Shown here piece by piece: positions 39,798-51,237 of a DNA stretch of 64,000 bases. A program made the translations under genes and the position numbers. Source of the DNA: Mariniblastus sp. Lineage in GTDB: Bacteria > Planctomycetota > Planctomycetia > Pirellulales > Pirellulaceae. Within the stretch, counting starts at the first letter, position 1; the number at the start of each line of letters is the position of its first letter. The notes under the pieces are model-generated. The model was not told the origin of the DNA, did not search any database, and was given only the letters and a program-made list of their open reading frames with translations. The stretch lies in NCBI GenBank assembly GCA_029247405.1, contig JAQWLH010000254.1, positions 6,949 to 70,948 of the forward strand, in the 5' to 3' direction.

Positions 39798-41633
39798 ATG
39801 AATCGTTCTAATTACTTGTCTCTCACAATTCTGTTGGCACTTGCGATTGTCGGACCTCAAAAAGTTCATGGACAAAACCAGTTCATTGGCAATGACAAAC
39901 AGATCCATCCTGTGATCAAGCTTCAATCCTCAGACAAGTCGGAACCCCATAAAGGCGAATTTGAGGCAACGTCTTTTCCAGTCTCCCTCGATAAAATTAC
40001 GAAAGCCGAACCTTCTTCGGCAACCCCCAATCCATTGGACATCAAGTACGACAGTTTTGATCCAAAAACTTCGGCGAAGCAACCTGCATCAACTCAAGCG
40101 TCATCGCGAGTGCTTAAGCCTATCTGGATGGCCCCTTCAATGCCCGCGACTAAAGCCCCTGCAGCGAAGGTCAAAACGTCGTCGGGTCCTATGGTGATTG
40201 ACCTGCCTTATACCGAGAAGGTTGCTAAGCTCGCAAAGAAATCCGCCAACATGGTGGAAACAACAATTCGAACACCAAAGTTTGTCAACTTGAATCAGCC
40301 TGCCGAAGTGGAAATCAGTCTTCAAAATCAGGGGAACGACGTAGTCGAAAACGCTGTCTTAATCGTTAAGATTCCGATGCACGCTCAACTGGCATCAACC
40401 TCGATAGACCCAATCCAGCGAGATCGCCAGACTTTGCATTTTTCCATTCCTCGGATTGGTGGAAAAGAATCCGCTCGGATTACGATGAAGCTCGTTCCGA
40501 CTCAAAAACAAGCGATGGAAATCGGCACCGAAATTCTAATCAAGAATATCCAGCGGTCGACGGTTGCTGTCCGCCAGCCCATTATCAATCTCAGCTTGGC
40601 GGGCCCAAATCAAATCAACATTGGAAGAAAAGCAACCTACGAATTGGTCGTTTCCAATGAGGGAGACGGAGTTGCTACTGACATTCGTTTAGATACTATC
40701 TTTCCGCCTGAGCTGAAAAAATTATCTGAATCCAATGGCTCGTTCATTCGATCAATTGAGCCTGGAAAATCAGTTAAAGTCATTTATGAATCACAAGCCG
40801 TTGGTCCGGGGAAGCATCGTTTAAACGCGTCGGCGGTCGCCGCTGGTTGTGATAAAAACAAAATGTCGCTGGCCTTTAATGTTGTTCAACCGGAACTTCG
40901 CGTTTCTGCTGTTGGTCCCAAATTGAACTTTGTTAAACGCGACGGTATCTACACGATCAAAATTGAAAATTCGGGGGTCGTTGACGTCACAAACACTCAA
41001 ATTACGCTCCGCGTACCCGATGGGATGAACGTTACAACCATCAGCCGAAAGGCTGGTGTCGATCCGGAAAAGGGAATTCTGACTTGGAACTTTGATCGCA
41101 TTCAGGCTCGCTCCAACGAGCAAATTCAACTCAAAGCAACTGCCCTCAAACCCGGCAAACAAGTTTGTAACATCTTAGTTTCCAGTAACGAAACTCGCGA
41201 AAAAGAAATTCTTCTCGCGACCCAAGTCGTGACCCGAGCTGATTTGAGTGTTCGACTCAAAAACGTAACAGGACCGGTTCAGGTAGGTACTCGGGCTAAA
41301 TTTCAGGTCGTGGTTGAAAACAGCGGCAGTCAAAAAGCTGAGGATATCAACGTTCAAATTGTTTTACCTGAGTCCTTGGTGGCGGTTAACGAAGAAGATC
41401 AAGTCACCCGGCCCGGTGATTCCGTCAAGTTTGATAAATCGGCAGTTGAGCCGGGGCAAAAAGTCACTTTCAACTTTACTGCCGTCGGCGTCATCAAAGG
41501 CGAACATGTCGTGCGAAGCGTATTAGAAGCTCAAGGTACTCAACGTCAAATCATCGCTGAAAACATGATTTACGTCTACGAAGGCGACCAGACGAGCGTC
41601 AGTGAAACGATTAGTCCCGTCATTCCTCGATAA
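39798..41633 (+). CDS. Secreted DUF11 (Ig-like) repeat protein
   Basis: Four repeats of the type Y.L.V.N.G...A.DI.....P; signal peptide. Confidence 0.75.
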   Translation: MNRSNYLSLTILLALAIVGPQKVHGQNQFIGNDKQIHPVIKLQSSDKSEPHKGEFEATSFPVSLDKITKAEPSSATPNPLDIKYDSFDPKTSAKQPASTQASSRVLKPIWMAPSMPATKAPAAKVKTSSGPMVIDLPYTEKVAKLAKKSANMVETTIRTPKFVNLNQPAEVEISLQNQGNDVVENAVLIVKIPMHAQLASTSIDPIQRDRQTLHFSIPRIGGKESARITMKLVPTQKQAMEIGTEILIKNIQRSTVAVRQPIINLSLAGPNQINIGRKATYELVVSNEGDGVATDIRLDTIFPPELKKLSESNGSFIRSIEPGKSVKVIYESQAVGPGKHRLNASAVAAGCDKNKMSLAFNVVQPELRVSAVGPKLNFVKRDGIYTIKIENSGVVDVTNTQITLRVPDGMNVTTISRKAGVDPEKGILTWNFDRIQARSNEQIQLKATALKPGKQVCNILVSSNETREKEILLATQVVTRADLSVRLKNVTGPVQVGTRAKFQVVVENSGSQKAEDINVQIVLPESLVAVNEEDQVTRPGDSVKFDKSAVEPGQKVTFNFTAVGVIKGEHVVRSVLEAQGTQRQIIAENMIYVYEGDQTSVSETISPVIPR

Positions 41634-41875
41634 CCGCGATTATTCGATAAGCGACAGCACTGGACGATAACGCTCAAAAAAGTTTTGCTGTCGATCGAAT
41701 CGATGCGGCCGTGGAATTTCCTACCATTCGTATTCACTGACCATCTTTCGCGTCACACGCAAGCATTCAACTGCTTTGATTGCGTGATGCGTGATCCTAG
41801 CCACTAGTTTCGATCTTGACCCATTCTTTAAAAGGCAATATTGATTTGTATCTGAATTGACGCACAGGAGTCCAA

Positions 41876-42298
41876 ATGTCCGACCACACCATTCCGAAAC
41901 CAGGTATCTCTGATGCTGAATGGTGCATCATGCATGAGGTTTGGCATGGCGAGCCAATCACATCAAGTGAAATCACCTCCCGGATTAGACATACCAATCA
42001 ATGGACTTCGGGAACCATCAAGACCTTACTTCACCGACTGGTTCAAAAAGGCGTGCTGGATTTTCAGCGTAAAGGCAATCGCTATCTTTACCGGTCAAAC
42101 TTTACTGAGGCCGAGTGTATCAATTACGCCAGCGATCAACTCTTGCATACGGTCTTTAAAGGCCGACCTGTACCTATGTTAGCGTACTTGGTTCAATCAT
42201 CACGAATGAGCGGAGTCGAGGTTGAATCCCTGAGAGAATTGCTTGACGAAATTCAACAGGACTTGCCGCCGGTTGTCCCTCGACGTGAAGCAGCCTGA
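41876..42298 (+). CDS. BlaI/MecI/CopY family transcriptional repressor
   Basis: ISDAEWCIMHEVW, W...TIKTLLHRLVQKG, GNRYLY. Confidence 0.9.
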   Translation: MSDHTIPKPGISDAEWCIMHEVWHGEPITSSEITSRIRHTNQWTSGTIKTLLHRLVQKGVLDFQRKGNRYLYRSNFTEAECINYASDQLLHTVFKGRPVPMLAYLVQSSRMSGVEVESLRELLDEIQQDLPPVVPRREAA

Positions 42299-42355
42299 TC
42301 AGTAGTTCCAGTTTATGTCTGGAACCTTCAAGATAAACAGCTCTCAAAACGGTCA

Positions 42356-43558
42356 TCAGTCACTGGGTGGGCCGATCACTCGTTGACTGATTTCTCCTGT
42401 GATTTTATGTCGTATGATCACTTTCGAACTTCCGTTGGGCATTCGTTCCTGCTTGACCAAGAAATGATCCTTATCAAAATCTCGCCGTACCGAGATGTTC
42501 TCGACATTTTCACGACCGCGCCAAAGTGGGAGCAAAATGGGTTCCCATTTTTTAGACTTAATCGACTGATAGGCTGAGTCCATAATTGCGTTTACAACAT
42601 AACCATCATAGAACGTTTCCGCCGGTTGCTCGCCATTTTCAAGTGCATTAAGCATATCAGTAAACATGTCGACATAACCCAACGCTGCTGGTTCATCGCC
42701 AACGGGAAATAGCCAGCCAGTTGATGACTCAGATTTTTCCGCGACGTACTCCTGTTCTCCGCCAGCTGAAAACATTTCCATTCCAGTGCGAAGCCAGTGA
42801 TTCAACCAGATTGTTCCTTCTGTTCCGGCAACTTCATCTCGCAAATCCATACCGCCGCGAAAAGCCCAGCTGACTTCGAATTGCCCGATTGCACCGTTTT
42901 CATAGCGAACCAAACCTATGGCATGATCTTCGGTATCGATCGGGTGTACCTGGGTATCGCCCCAACAAACAACTTCAACTGGTCGAATGTCTTTACCAAT
43001 AAAATTTCTCGCGATTTCGATACAGTGACACCCCATATCAATTATTGCTCCACCGCCTGAAATTTCGCGATTCCAAAACCAGTCACTGTGAGGTCCTGGG
43101 TGCGTTTCCCGCGATCGAACCCAAAGCACGTCACCGATCGCACCCGCTCGGGTCGACTTAAGAGCTTTGAGAGTTTTGGGGGTGAAAACAAGATCTTCAA
43201 GATATCCGGCAAACACTCCGGCAGACTCAACTGCTTCTAACATTTCCCTTGCCTCTGCGGCTGTTCGACCAAGCGGCTTGGTGCAAAGTACGGGTTTGCC
43301 CGCCTCGGCAGCCATCAACACAGCCTCTCTGTGAAGGTTATTTGGAAGCGCGACAATCACGACATCGACATCGTCATGTTCGATCGCAGTCCGCATATCG
43401 GTCGTCACTTTAGGTATGCCCCAAGTGTTGGCAAATTTTTGAGCTGACGCTTGGGTCCGCGAAAAGACGACGGTTACCTCGTCCCGATTCCGTTTGCCTT
43501 GCAAGGCCATGGTGTAAAACATCCCGATCAAGCCGGAACCGAGAAGTCCAATTCGCAT
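42356..43558 (-). CDS. Gfo/Idh/MocA family oxidoreductase
   Basis: [31 protein letters not shown]. Confidence 0.88.
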   Translation of the reverse strand: MRIGLLGSGLIGMFYTMALQGKRNRDEVTVVFSRTQASAQKFANTWGIPKVTTDMRTAIEHDDVDVVIVALPNNLHREAVLMAAEAGKPVLCTKPLGRTAAEAREMLEAVESAGVFAGYLEDLVFTPKTLKALKSTRAGAIGDVLWVRSRETHPGPHSDWFWNREISGGGAIIDMGCHCIEIARNFIGKDIRPVEVVCWGDTQVHPIDTEDHAIGLVRYENGAIGQFEVSWAFRGGMDLRDEVAGTEGTIWLNHWLRTGMEMFSAGGEQEYVAEKSESSTGWLFPVGDEPAALGYVDMFTDMLNALENGEQPAETFYDGYVVNAIMDSAYQSIKSKKWEPILLPLWRGRENVENISVRRDFDKDHFLVKQERMPNGSSKVIIRHKITGEISQRVIGPPSD

Positions 43559-43690
43559 TCGTCTATCCGTCTATGGAAAAAATGGGCGTTATTTGAAAAC
43601 GAGCCAGTGGAAAAATAATTTGCCAACGATCTGTGCTATCCAACAACTCAAGCTCTCGGGAACAAAATGTGGCTCCGAAGCTGGTAGCCA

Positions 43691-44455
43691 TCATGTGCTC
43701 AACAACACTTCACTCACCCGCTGGTCTTCCCAAATCTCCAAGGGCTCGTAATTCGGATGTTTGCTTTGAAAGTAGGGATCATTGTGCCGCGTGTTATAAC
43801 AACAAATCAACGACCAACGCGGATTGTCACTTGTGTTTTGGTCGGATCGGTGAAGTGTATTGCCATGAAAAAAAATTGCATCACCTGGCTCAAGTTCGCA
43901 ATAAATCAATTCCATGCGCTCTAATGCTGCCGCGACTCGTTCCAGATCCGCTCCGGTTTGGTCGCCCGTTTTGAAATGTTCGACTCTCCCCATTTTATGA
44001 GAACCGCGAATCACCTGAAGGCAGCCGTTATTCTTGGTTGCTTGGTCGACCGCAATTAAACAACTGGCCATGTCTGGAAATAGGCATCCGTTGTTGTACC
44101 AATATCCATAATCCTGATGCCATTCCCAGGCTCCACCGATGCGAGGCTCTTTGAGCATCATTTTATGATGGTAATGATAAACTTCATCACCCAGCAAGCG
44201 TTGCATGTTGGCTGCAACTCGACGACTGCGGACGATCGCGGCGTATGGAGAATCATCCAGTTCATTTCGCACGGCAAGTTTACTTTGACCTCCGGAAGCG
44301 TCTTTTTTCGCGTAGGCTTCCTGAAGAATTGCCTGATCTGATTTTGCAATTTTTAATAGCGCCGATGTCTCTTGGGTATCAAAAAGTTGCCGTACCAAGA
44401 GATACCCATCTCGTTCAAAATCGATTTTCAACTCTTCTGTGACTTCAAAGGCCAT
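43691..44455 (-). CDS. PhyH-family Fe(II)/2-oxoglutarate dioxygenase
   Basis: WHQDYGYW (HxD), NGCLQVIRGSH, GDAIFFH..LHRS...R. Confidence 0.88.
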   Translation of the reverse strand: MAFEVTEELKIDFERDGYLLVRQLFDTQETSALLKIAKSDQAILQEAYAKKDASGGQSKLAVRNELDDSPYAAIVRSRRVAANMQRLLGDEVYHYHHKMMLKEPRIGGAWEWHQDYGYWYNNGCLFPDMASCLIAVDQATKNNGCLQVIRGSHKMGRVEHFKTGDQTGADLERVAAALERMELIYCELEPGDAIFFHGNTLHRSDQNTSDNPRWSLICCYNTRHNDPYFQSKHPNYEPLEIWEDQRVSEVLLST

Positions 44456-44763
44456 TTCATCCTCCGATTCATCTGGTGTCAAAAACAAGAATCAAAAGAA
44501 ACCGATCTCTGATCTTGCGAGAATGAACGCATGGGTTTGATTGAAATACCAGCCGATGCAAATTCAACCCAAGTTTAACTACTTTTTACTCTGTTGCGAC
44601 TCTGTCAAAAAACAAGGATTTGAACGCCCGATATCATCCTCAGCAACAACTTTTTTGGTGCCGGGAATGGTTGTTTTTGATCAGACCTACGGTGCGTTTC
44701 CCATCGTCTCTTCATCTTCTAGGTCATTCGTTTTGCTACTCAATTTCATGTTTGAGACAGTAT

Positions 44764-46320
44764 TCAGTTGAAAAGGGATAAGATTATGGTGGCAATACTG
44801 ATGAGGATACCAAGCACCGTTGCTGCAATCGAAATGTACTTGCCTGTCTTGGTCATCCAGTAGCCTTGAGCCGTTCGGTTGCCTTCACTGATATCTTCGA
44901 GATCTTGATTGGCTGATCGCCAAGTGAAAAATCCAATGACGGCACCTACAAAAGGTACTGTGATGAGAAACAAGGCTGCGATGCTGGTGATAAAAATACT
45001 ATGGCTTCGATTACTTTTTACCCAGTGGACGATGCGGCCAATTCGCCTTGAGGGGAGTCCGTCATCGGGAATGTAAAGTAATTCTGATGCTGCACCAGAC
45101 CGATCGCTTGTCGATGAAAATGATTTGAGGTTCGTGTTTTCAAACCCCTTATCAAAATTTGAGTGCTGTTGGACAACGGGCTCTGGAATGATCGCTTCTG
45201 GTATTGGCATTTGTCCAGGAATCGTACTATCAAATCGCTCGACGACTGCATGGTCGGACGCCACCGAAGTGATCACTTCGCCATAGATCGGCAGTTGTCC
45301 TTCTTCTATTTGACGAATTGCCTCGATCAGTGATGTCGTCGATTGAAATCGGTTAGCTGGATCTTTTGCGACCATTTTTTGAAATAGGTGATTGATCGCC
45401 ACATCATCTGAACTGCCAGTTTCAATTCTTGGTATTTGTGCGTCACGATGAGCCAAAATCGTCTTCACGATTGTCTCTCGTGAATAAGGTCCACGCGATG
45501 TGAGCAAGCGATATAAAGTACAACCCAATGAGTAAATGTCCGATCGAGCGTCTGCTTCCCGAGTATCTTCGGCTTGTTCGGGTGACATGTACTCCACGGT
45601 TCCCATCACCTGACCTGTCGTGGTTAGATGCTGAGAAACTTCCGAATCGAGCGGACTACCAATCCGAGCCAAACCCATGTCAAGGATCTTAATTCGGCCC
45701 TCGTCGTTAAGAAGTAAATTGGACGGCTTGATATCTCGGTGGACAATATTCATTCCATGAGCGTATTCCAAGCCACTTGCTGCTTGGGAAACATAATCCA
45801 GGGCCAATGAGACCGGAATGGGTCCCATATGAGTAAGGACTTGAGCCAAATCGTGGCCAGCGACATATTCCATGACCAGGTAATGAAACCCATGATGCTC
45901 ACCCGCATCGTAGGCATGAACGATATTTGGATGAGTTAATTGCCCGGCGACTTTCACTTCCTGATAAAATCTCGCGACAGCATCTTTGGATTCAAGCACG
46001 GTAACGGGAAGAACTTTGATCGCTACCTGTCGATCCATCCGGCGATGTTTCGCTAATAAGACGGTTCCCATTCCTCCTTGGCCGAGTTTGTCGATTACGA
46101 CGTAGTCGCCAAAGTAAATGTCGCTCGCTTCTCCCGCCTGAAACTTATTACATTGGTATTGTGTAATATGACCATCCTGAACCAAACGAGTCAGTAAGGC
46201 TTCGGCCCCAGTTTTGAGTTCTTCGCTGTACTTGGTCACATGGTCTGAAGAAAGCAATCCTGCCGCCGTCAATTCATGCAGTACTTTTTGTGCGGATTCC
46301 GCCATGTCGAACGCAGCCAA
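44764..46320 (-). CDS. Membrane-anchored Ser/Thr protein kinase
   Basis: LGQGGMG, VAIK, HRDIKPSN, DMGLA, GTVEYMSPEQ, DIYSLG; two C-terminal TM segments. Confidence 0.93.
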   Translation of the reverse strand: MAAFDMAESAQKVLHELTAAGLLSSDHVTKYSEELKTGAEALLTRLVQDGHITQYQCNKFQAGEASDIYFGDYVVIDKLGQGGMGTVLLAKHRRMDRQVAIKVLPVTVLESKDAVARFYQEVKVAGQLTHPNIVHAYDAGEHHGFHYLVMEYVAGHDLAQVLTHMGPIPVSLALDYVSQAASGLEYAHGMNIVHRDIKPSNLLLNDEGRIKILDMGLARIGSPLDSEVSQHLTTTGQVMGTVEYMSPEQAEDTREADARSDIYSLGCTLYRLLTSRGPYSRETIVKTILAHRDAQIPRIETGSSDDVAINHLFQKMVAKDPANRFQSTTSLIEAIRQIEEGQLPIYGEVITSVASDHAVVERFDSTIPGQMPIPEAIIPEPVVQQHSNFDKGFENTNLKSFSSTSDRSGAASELLYIPDDGLPSRRIGRIVHWVKSNRSHSIFITSIAALFLITVPFVGAVIGFFTWRSANQDLEDISEGNRTAQGYWMTKTGKYISIAATVLGILISIATIILSLFN

Positions 46321-46528
46321 AAAACAAATTGATTCTTACCTGATACTTTAACCGATCGAGTTAAGCTCACAATGCAAAGAATACACCGAAGCAATCGATT
46401 TCAGACTTTGTTTGGAAATACAAATACTGCAAACCAATTGAAAATGCTTTAACCTTTAGAAATAGCTTTTCACTTCTCGCTTACTTAGTTATCGAGCCGT
46501 TAATTTTACTTCCATTGAGGAACTCCAA

Positions 46529-47020
46529 TTGGATACCAAAACAGCCATCCGGATTACGCTTGAGACTGCCAATATGATTTCAACTTCTTATTTGGGTGAT
46601 TTATCAAACGAAGAAATGATGCACCGCCCTACTCTGGGTTGTAATCACATCAAATGGCAGATGGGTCATTTAATCGCCTCAGAAACCAGCATGATCAACA
46701 GTTGTATGCCCGGCGTCATGCCAGAATTGCCAGATGGATTCGAAGCAAAGTATTCCAAGGAAACGGCAACATCTGATGATGCTGCAGCTTTCGATTCGAA
46801 AGAAACATTAATGCAACTCTACGAAAAACAACGTGCCGGCACACTGGCTGCGCTAGAGTCCATACCTGTTGAAGATTTAAACAAAGAATCTCCAGAGTCA
46901 ATTCGCAGTTATGCTCCAACGATCGGTACTGCGTTTCTAATGCAAGAAACGCATTGGATGATGCACGCCGGTCAATGGGCAGTTATTCGAAGACAACTAG
47001 GTCGTGATCCCTTATTTTAA
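46529..47020 (+). CDS. DinB family protein
   Basis: NHIKWQMGHLIASE, HWMMHAGQ..IRR.LG; TTG start with GAGGA RBS. Confidence 0.82.
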   Translation: MDTKTAIRITLETANMISTSYLGDLSNEEMMHRPTLGCNHIKWQMGHLIASETSMINSCMPGVMPELPDGFEAKYSKETATSDDAAAFDSKETLMQLYEKQRAGTLAALESIPVEDLNKESPESIRSYAPTIGTAFLMQETHWMMHAGQWAVIRRQLGRDPLF

Positions 47021-47097
47021 TGCGCAGCCGTCAGTCACGTTTCGAACCACCGCCATCCCCGCTCTGCGGCTAATCGATGTGTGACGTTCACGACAAA

Positions 47098-49563
47098 TTA
47101 AACATCAAGATCGCTAATATCCAACGCGTGCTTTTCAATAAAGTCTCGCCTTGGCTCGACTTTGTCTCCCATTAATATTCGGAACATGTTGTCGGCCTCG
47201 GCCGCGTTATCCATCTTCACTTTAATCAAGGTTCGGTTGTCAGGATCTAATGTTGTTTCCCGCAGCTCTTCGGCATTCATTTCACCCAATCCTTTAAAGC
47301 GGGTGACTTGCATCCCTTTCTCACCTGCCGACCGAACCGCATTGACAAGATCACGAAGGTTTTCGACGCCGGTTGTCGTTTCTCCCCGTTTCAAAATATA
47401 ACGTGGTTCTTCAAGCCCGGTTCTCTCTTTGGGAAGCAGACACTCAATATCAAATCCAAACCCAGTGAGTTCTTTTAAGCCTGCGTTAATCGTTTTAACT
47501 TCATGAAAATCTGTAATGCGGAGTTTATCATTCTCGACTACTCCATCAGATTCAGCTGCCTCATTTGCATCAGCATCCGTTTCAACGGTCAGCTCTTTAC
47601 CAGCTTTCTTTTCCTGTTCCTTGATGTACTCATCCATCAATTTACGATTCACGAACCACTCATCCTGATTTCCGTAAGAGATATGGAACTCAGGAAGTTG
47701 GCCACTTTCAAGGTTGATTCGATTGGCGTGTGTTCGCAAATTAATTCCGCGACGCTCCAGAGCCAGAATGGCGTCTTCCATGCTCGCGAGTGTCGTGCAG
47801 AGTTTTCGCATCAGTTCAGCTTCAACGACAATGCCGTCTTCGGATTCAAAAGATGAGCCGGCTAATCCACGGTCAAGCAGTTGAGTTCTCATTTCGTCTT
47901 CGGTTTGAACGTAGTAAGTTTTACTTTTATTCTTGACGCGAAATAAAGGTGGACAAGCCACATACACATGCCCCGCTTCGATGAGGTGATACATTTGGCG
48001 ATAGAAAAAGCACAACAATAACGTTCGAATGTGCGATCCATCGACGTCAGCATCGGTCATAATAATGACCTTGTGGTATCGGAGTTTGGTTAAGTCTTGG
48101 TCTTCGCCAATACCAACTCGTAACGCAGCGATCATGCTTTTGACCTCTTCGTTATCGAGAACCTTATCTTCGCGAGCTTTGTACGCGTTAATAATTTTAC
48201 CGCGAAGAGGAAGGATCGCCTGAAATTCCTTGAGCCTACCACCTTCGGCTGAACCACCGGCCGAATCACCTTCGACTAGATAAATCTCGCATTTTTCAAC
48301 ATCTTTGGATAAACAATCTCGAAGCTTTCCTGGCAGTCCACCCCCTCCAAGCACTGACTTTCGACGGACTTTGTCTCGAGCGGCTCGTGCGGCTTCTCTG
48401 GCCTCGGCCGCCTGCACGCCTTTTCGAACGATCATCTTCCCTTCTTTGGGATTCTCTTCGAGAAACGTTTTGAAAAATTCTCCAAACGCCGATGATACAA
48501 TGCCCTCGACTTCGCTATTACCTAATTTAGTTTTGGTTTGGCCTTCGAACTGTGGTTCGGGGACTTTCATCGAAATAATGGCTGTTAAACCCTCGCGAAA
48601 ATCTTCACCCGTGACCGTCAGATTTTTGGGAAACAGATTGTTCTTTTTGGCGTAATTATTTAGCGATCGGGTCACCGCTGAGCGAAAGCCTGAAACGTGT
48701 GTTCCACCTTCGTGTGTGTTGATGTTATTAACGTAGGAGTAAACACTTTCCGAGATATCAGTGGTGTACTGCAATGCGATTTCATAAACGACATCATCCG
48801 TTTCGCCGTTCATGTGAATCACATCTTTGTGAATCGGATCGCTTGAGAGATTAATATGCTCGACGTATTCGATAATACCTCGTTCATAATAGAATTCGTC
48901 CTGGTCACCGGTTCTGGCATCCTTGAAGTGAATTCTTACACCGCTGTTCAAAAATGCTAATTCCTGCAAGCGTTTATGAAGAATGTTGTATTCATACTTC
49001 GTTGTCTGAAAAATCTGCGCGTCAGCTTTAAACGTCGTTTTAGTTCCAACTCTGTCTGATTTTCCAATTTGATTGACAGGACCGGTAGGGATTCCCCGCT
49101 GGTATTCCTGTTGGTGAATATGACCGTCTCGATGGACTTCCACTTCGCACCATTCGGACAAAAAGTTGACGACAGTGACGCCGACACCGTGGAGTCCACC
49201 CGATGTTTGGTACGCACCTTTTTCAAATTTTCCACCAAATTTCAAAAACGTCATCACTCCTTCGAGCGTCGTGACTTCTCTGGATTCCTGCGCTGTTAAC
49301 TGCTCATGGATATCTGTCGGAATACCCCGGCCATCATCAGTGCAAGTAATTGAACCATCGTTATTAATCGTGACATTAATAATGGAAGCAAAACCAGCCA
49401 TCGCTTCATCGATTGAGTTATCGACGACTTCATAAACAAGGTGGTGCAGTCCTCTCCCTGTTGTATCACCGATATACATACTTGGTCGAGCTCGTACGTG
49501 CTCAAGATCTGACAGTCGTTGAAGGTCATCACCTTCGTACGATTCGTTTGCTGTTTTAGCCAT
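47098..49563 (-). CDS. gyrB: DNA gyrase subunit B
   Basis: RPSMYIG, EVVDNSIDE, GGLHGVG, EGDSAGG, PLRGKIIN, TDADVDGSHI, RFKGLGEM. Confidence 0.97.
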   Translation of the reverse strand: MAKTANESYEGDDLQRLSDLEHVRARPSMYIGDTTGRGLHHLVYEVVDNSIDEAMAGFASIINVTINNDGSITCTDDGRGIPTDIHEQLTAQESREVTTLEGVMTFLKFGGKFEKGAYQTSGGLHGVGVTVVNFLSEWCEVEVHRDGHIHQQEYQRGIPTGPVNQIGKSDRVGTKTTFKADAQIFQTTKYEYNILHKRLQELAFLNSGVRIHFKDARTGDQDEFYYERGIIEYVEHINLSSDPIHKDVIHMNGETDDVVYEIALQYTTDISESVYSYVNNINTHEGGTHVSGFRSAVTRSLNNYAKKNNLFPKNLTVTGEDFREGLTAIISMKVPEPQFEGQTKTKLGNSEVEGIVSSAFGEFFKTFLEENPKEGKMIVRKGVQAAEAREAARAARDKVRRKSVLGGGGLPGKLRDCLSKDVEKCEIYLVEGDSAGGSAEGGRLKEFQAILPLRGKIINAYKAREDKVLDNEEVKSMIAALRVGIGEDQDLTKLRYHKVIIMTDADVDGSHIRTLLLCFFYRQMYHLIEAGHVYVACPPLFRVKNKSKTYYVQTEDEMRTQLLDRGLAGSSFESEDGIVVEAELMRKLCTTLASMEDAILALERRGINLRTHANRINLESGQLPEFHISYGNQDEWFVNRKLMDEYIKEQEKKAGKELTVETDADANEAAESDGVVENDKLRITDFHEVKTINAGLKELTGFGFDIECLLPKERTGLEEPRYILKRGETTTGVENLRDLVNAVRSAGEKGMQVTRFKGLGEMNAEELRETTLDPDNRTLIKVKMDNAAEADNMFRILMGDKVEPRRDFIEKHALDISDLDV

Positions 49564-49628
49564 AAATCAGTCGTTTAAAAAAGGTTTGCAGTTAGTCGCC
49601 GATTGATTCAACAATCACCCATAACCGC

Positions 49629-50015
49629 TTAATCAACGTTTCCAATTCGAAAACGCAGGTCTTTAAAATTGTTTTGTGGCAGCTGTTGTTGAAGCTGCGA
49701 TAATATTTTTCGTTTTTGAAATGCTAGTTGTTGATTCACCATCGAACTGGCAACATTCACCTCAAGCACTCCTCGGCTGAGGTTACCTATTTTTGTTTTG
49801 GATTGCCATTTAGGACCGACGATTGAGTTCCATACTGTTTCAAGTTCGCCAGCTGATTCAGTTTGTACATAACCTTTACGAGCCATTAATTTTGCCAGGA
49901 CATCCGCTGTCTTTTTTGGTCTGCGGTGAAATCTCTGGCGACTTTTTACTAATTTTTGAGCCTGTGAAAAATCAAGTTCGTCGTATTCATTATCCAAAAA
50001 ACACCTCAATTGCAT
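49629..50015 (-). CDS. DUF721/DciA family protein
   Basis: W..IVG......TK.......GVLEVNVASS..NQQLAF.K..IL..L pattern; position between dnaN and gyrB; start uncertain. Confidence 0.75.
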   Translation of the reverse strand: MQLRCFLDNEYDELDFSQAQKLVKSRQRFHRRPKKTADVLAKLMARKGYVQTESAGELETVWNSIVGPKWQSKTKIGNLSRGVLEVNVASSMVNQQLAFQKRKILSQLQQQLPQNNFKDLRFRIGNVD

Positions 50016-50121
50016 CGTGCAAGTCGTCGATCTGACCGTTTATTAAGAACAACCCAAACGTCAGTTTCGGCTGGCAAGTCTTTCCATTCCAAACCGGACA
50101 GATCATTTCCTTTGCTCAAGC

Positions 50122-51237
50122 TTAGCGTCGATCTTTTGAAAGTGGCATGATCACGTAGCCGTAATTATCGTCGGTCTCACAGTACGCCGCTGCTTCACCA
50201 TTTTCGACATCGAGTATGAAAGTTTTTTCGGGTTGGAGCACTTTCAGGAAGTCAGCCACATATCGATGATCCAAAGTTATTGTCAGCGATTCGTTATCAA
50301 AAGGTACCGGCATTTCAATTCGAGACTCTCCAATTTCCGCTGTACTGCTACTGAGAATCAACGAACCTTCTTGAAACGTAAAATCAATTCCACGACTTTC
50401 ATCACTGGCAACGATGGCTGCCTGACGCAGAGCTGAGTACATCGGCCCAACAGGAATACTAATTCGATTAGACGATTCTCGTTGAGGAAGTACATCTCGC
50501 CATTTAGGAAATCGACCTTCAACTAATCGCGTATAAAAAATTCCATTAGCTTCTTTCATGACCAGATCGTTTGCTCTGGCAGAAATCTGTACGGGGACTT
50601 CACCGTCTGGAAGAATACGTTCCATTAATTGCATTGAACGGGAAGGTACAATCGTGGTCGCTCCCATTTTAGGCTCGCCAATTTTTTTAATCCCACCCTG
50701 CATTTTGGCGAGTCTTCGTCCATCGGTTCCTACTGCCGTTATATTTTCATCAGCCATTTCGAGAAGCACACCGCCAAGTGCGTATCGACTACTTTCGGAG
50801 TCGGTAGCAAATAACGTTCGTTTAATCAAATCCTTGAGCACATTCGCATTGATCTCGTAATAATCTTTGTCATCAAATCCAGCCACTTCGGGAAACTCAT
50901 CTGGATTCTGTGCTTGAAGCTGGAATCGGCTATTTGCGCCTGTGATTAAGGTTTTGTCGCTACTGGCATCAATCACTAATTCATCATCACTGGATTCGCG
51001 AAGAATCATGCTCAATCGCGATACGGGAACCACCGCACTGCCAGGTGTCGTTATCTCTAAATCAGGAACCGAAAGCTTTACTCCTACTTCCGTGTCCGTA
51101 GCGGTCAAAATACCTTCGTCTTGGGTGACCTCGATTTTGACGTTTTGCAAAATTGTTTTTGGACTTCGAGCCGGAGCGACTGCTGCTGCGATTTGAAACA
51201 CTCGAAAAAATGATTCACGGTTGATTTTTATTTTCAC
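50122..51237 (-). CDS. dnaN: DNA polymerase III beta clamp
   Basis: LTATDTE, DEFP, RYALGGV, VGTDGRRLA, TRLVEGRFP, YVIMP. Confidence 0.97.
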   Translation of the reverse strand: MKIKINRESFFRVFQIAAAVAPARSPKTILQNVKIEVTQDEGILTATDTEVGVKLSVPDLEITTPGSAVVPVSRLSMILRESSDDELVIDASSDKTLITGANSRFQLQAQNPDEFPEVAGFDDKDYYEINANVLKDLIKRTLFATDSESSRYALGGVLLEMADENITAVGTDGRRLAKMQGGIKKIGEPKMGATTIVPSRSMQLMERILPDGEVPVQISARANDLVMKEANGIFYTRLVEGRFPKWRDVLPQRESSNRISIPVGPMYSALRQAAIVASDESRGIDFTFQEGSLILSSSTAEIGESRIEMPVPFDNESLTITLDHRYVADFLKVLQPEKTFILDVENGEAAAYCETDDNYGYVIMPLSKDRR

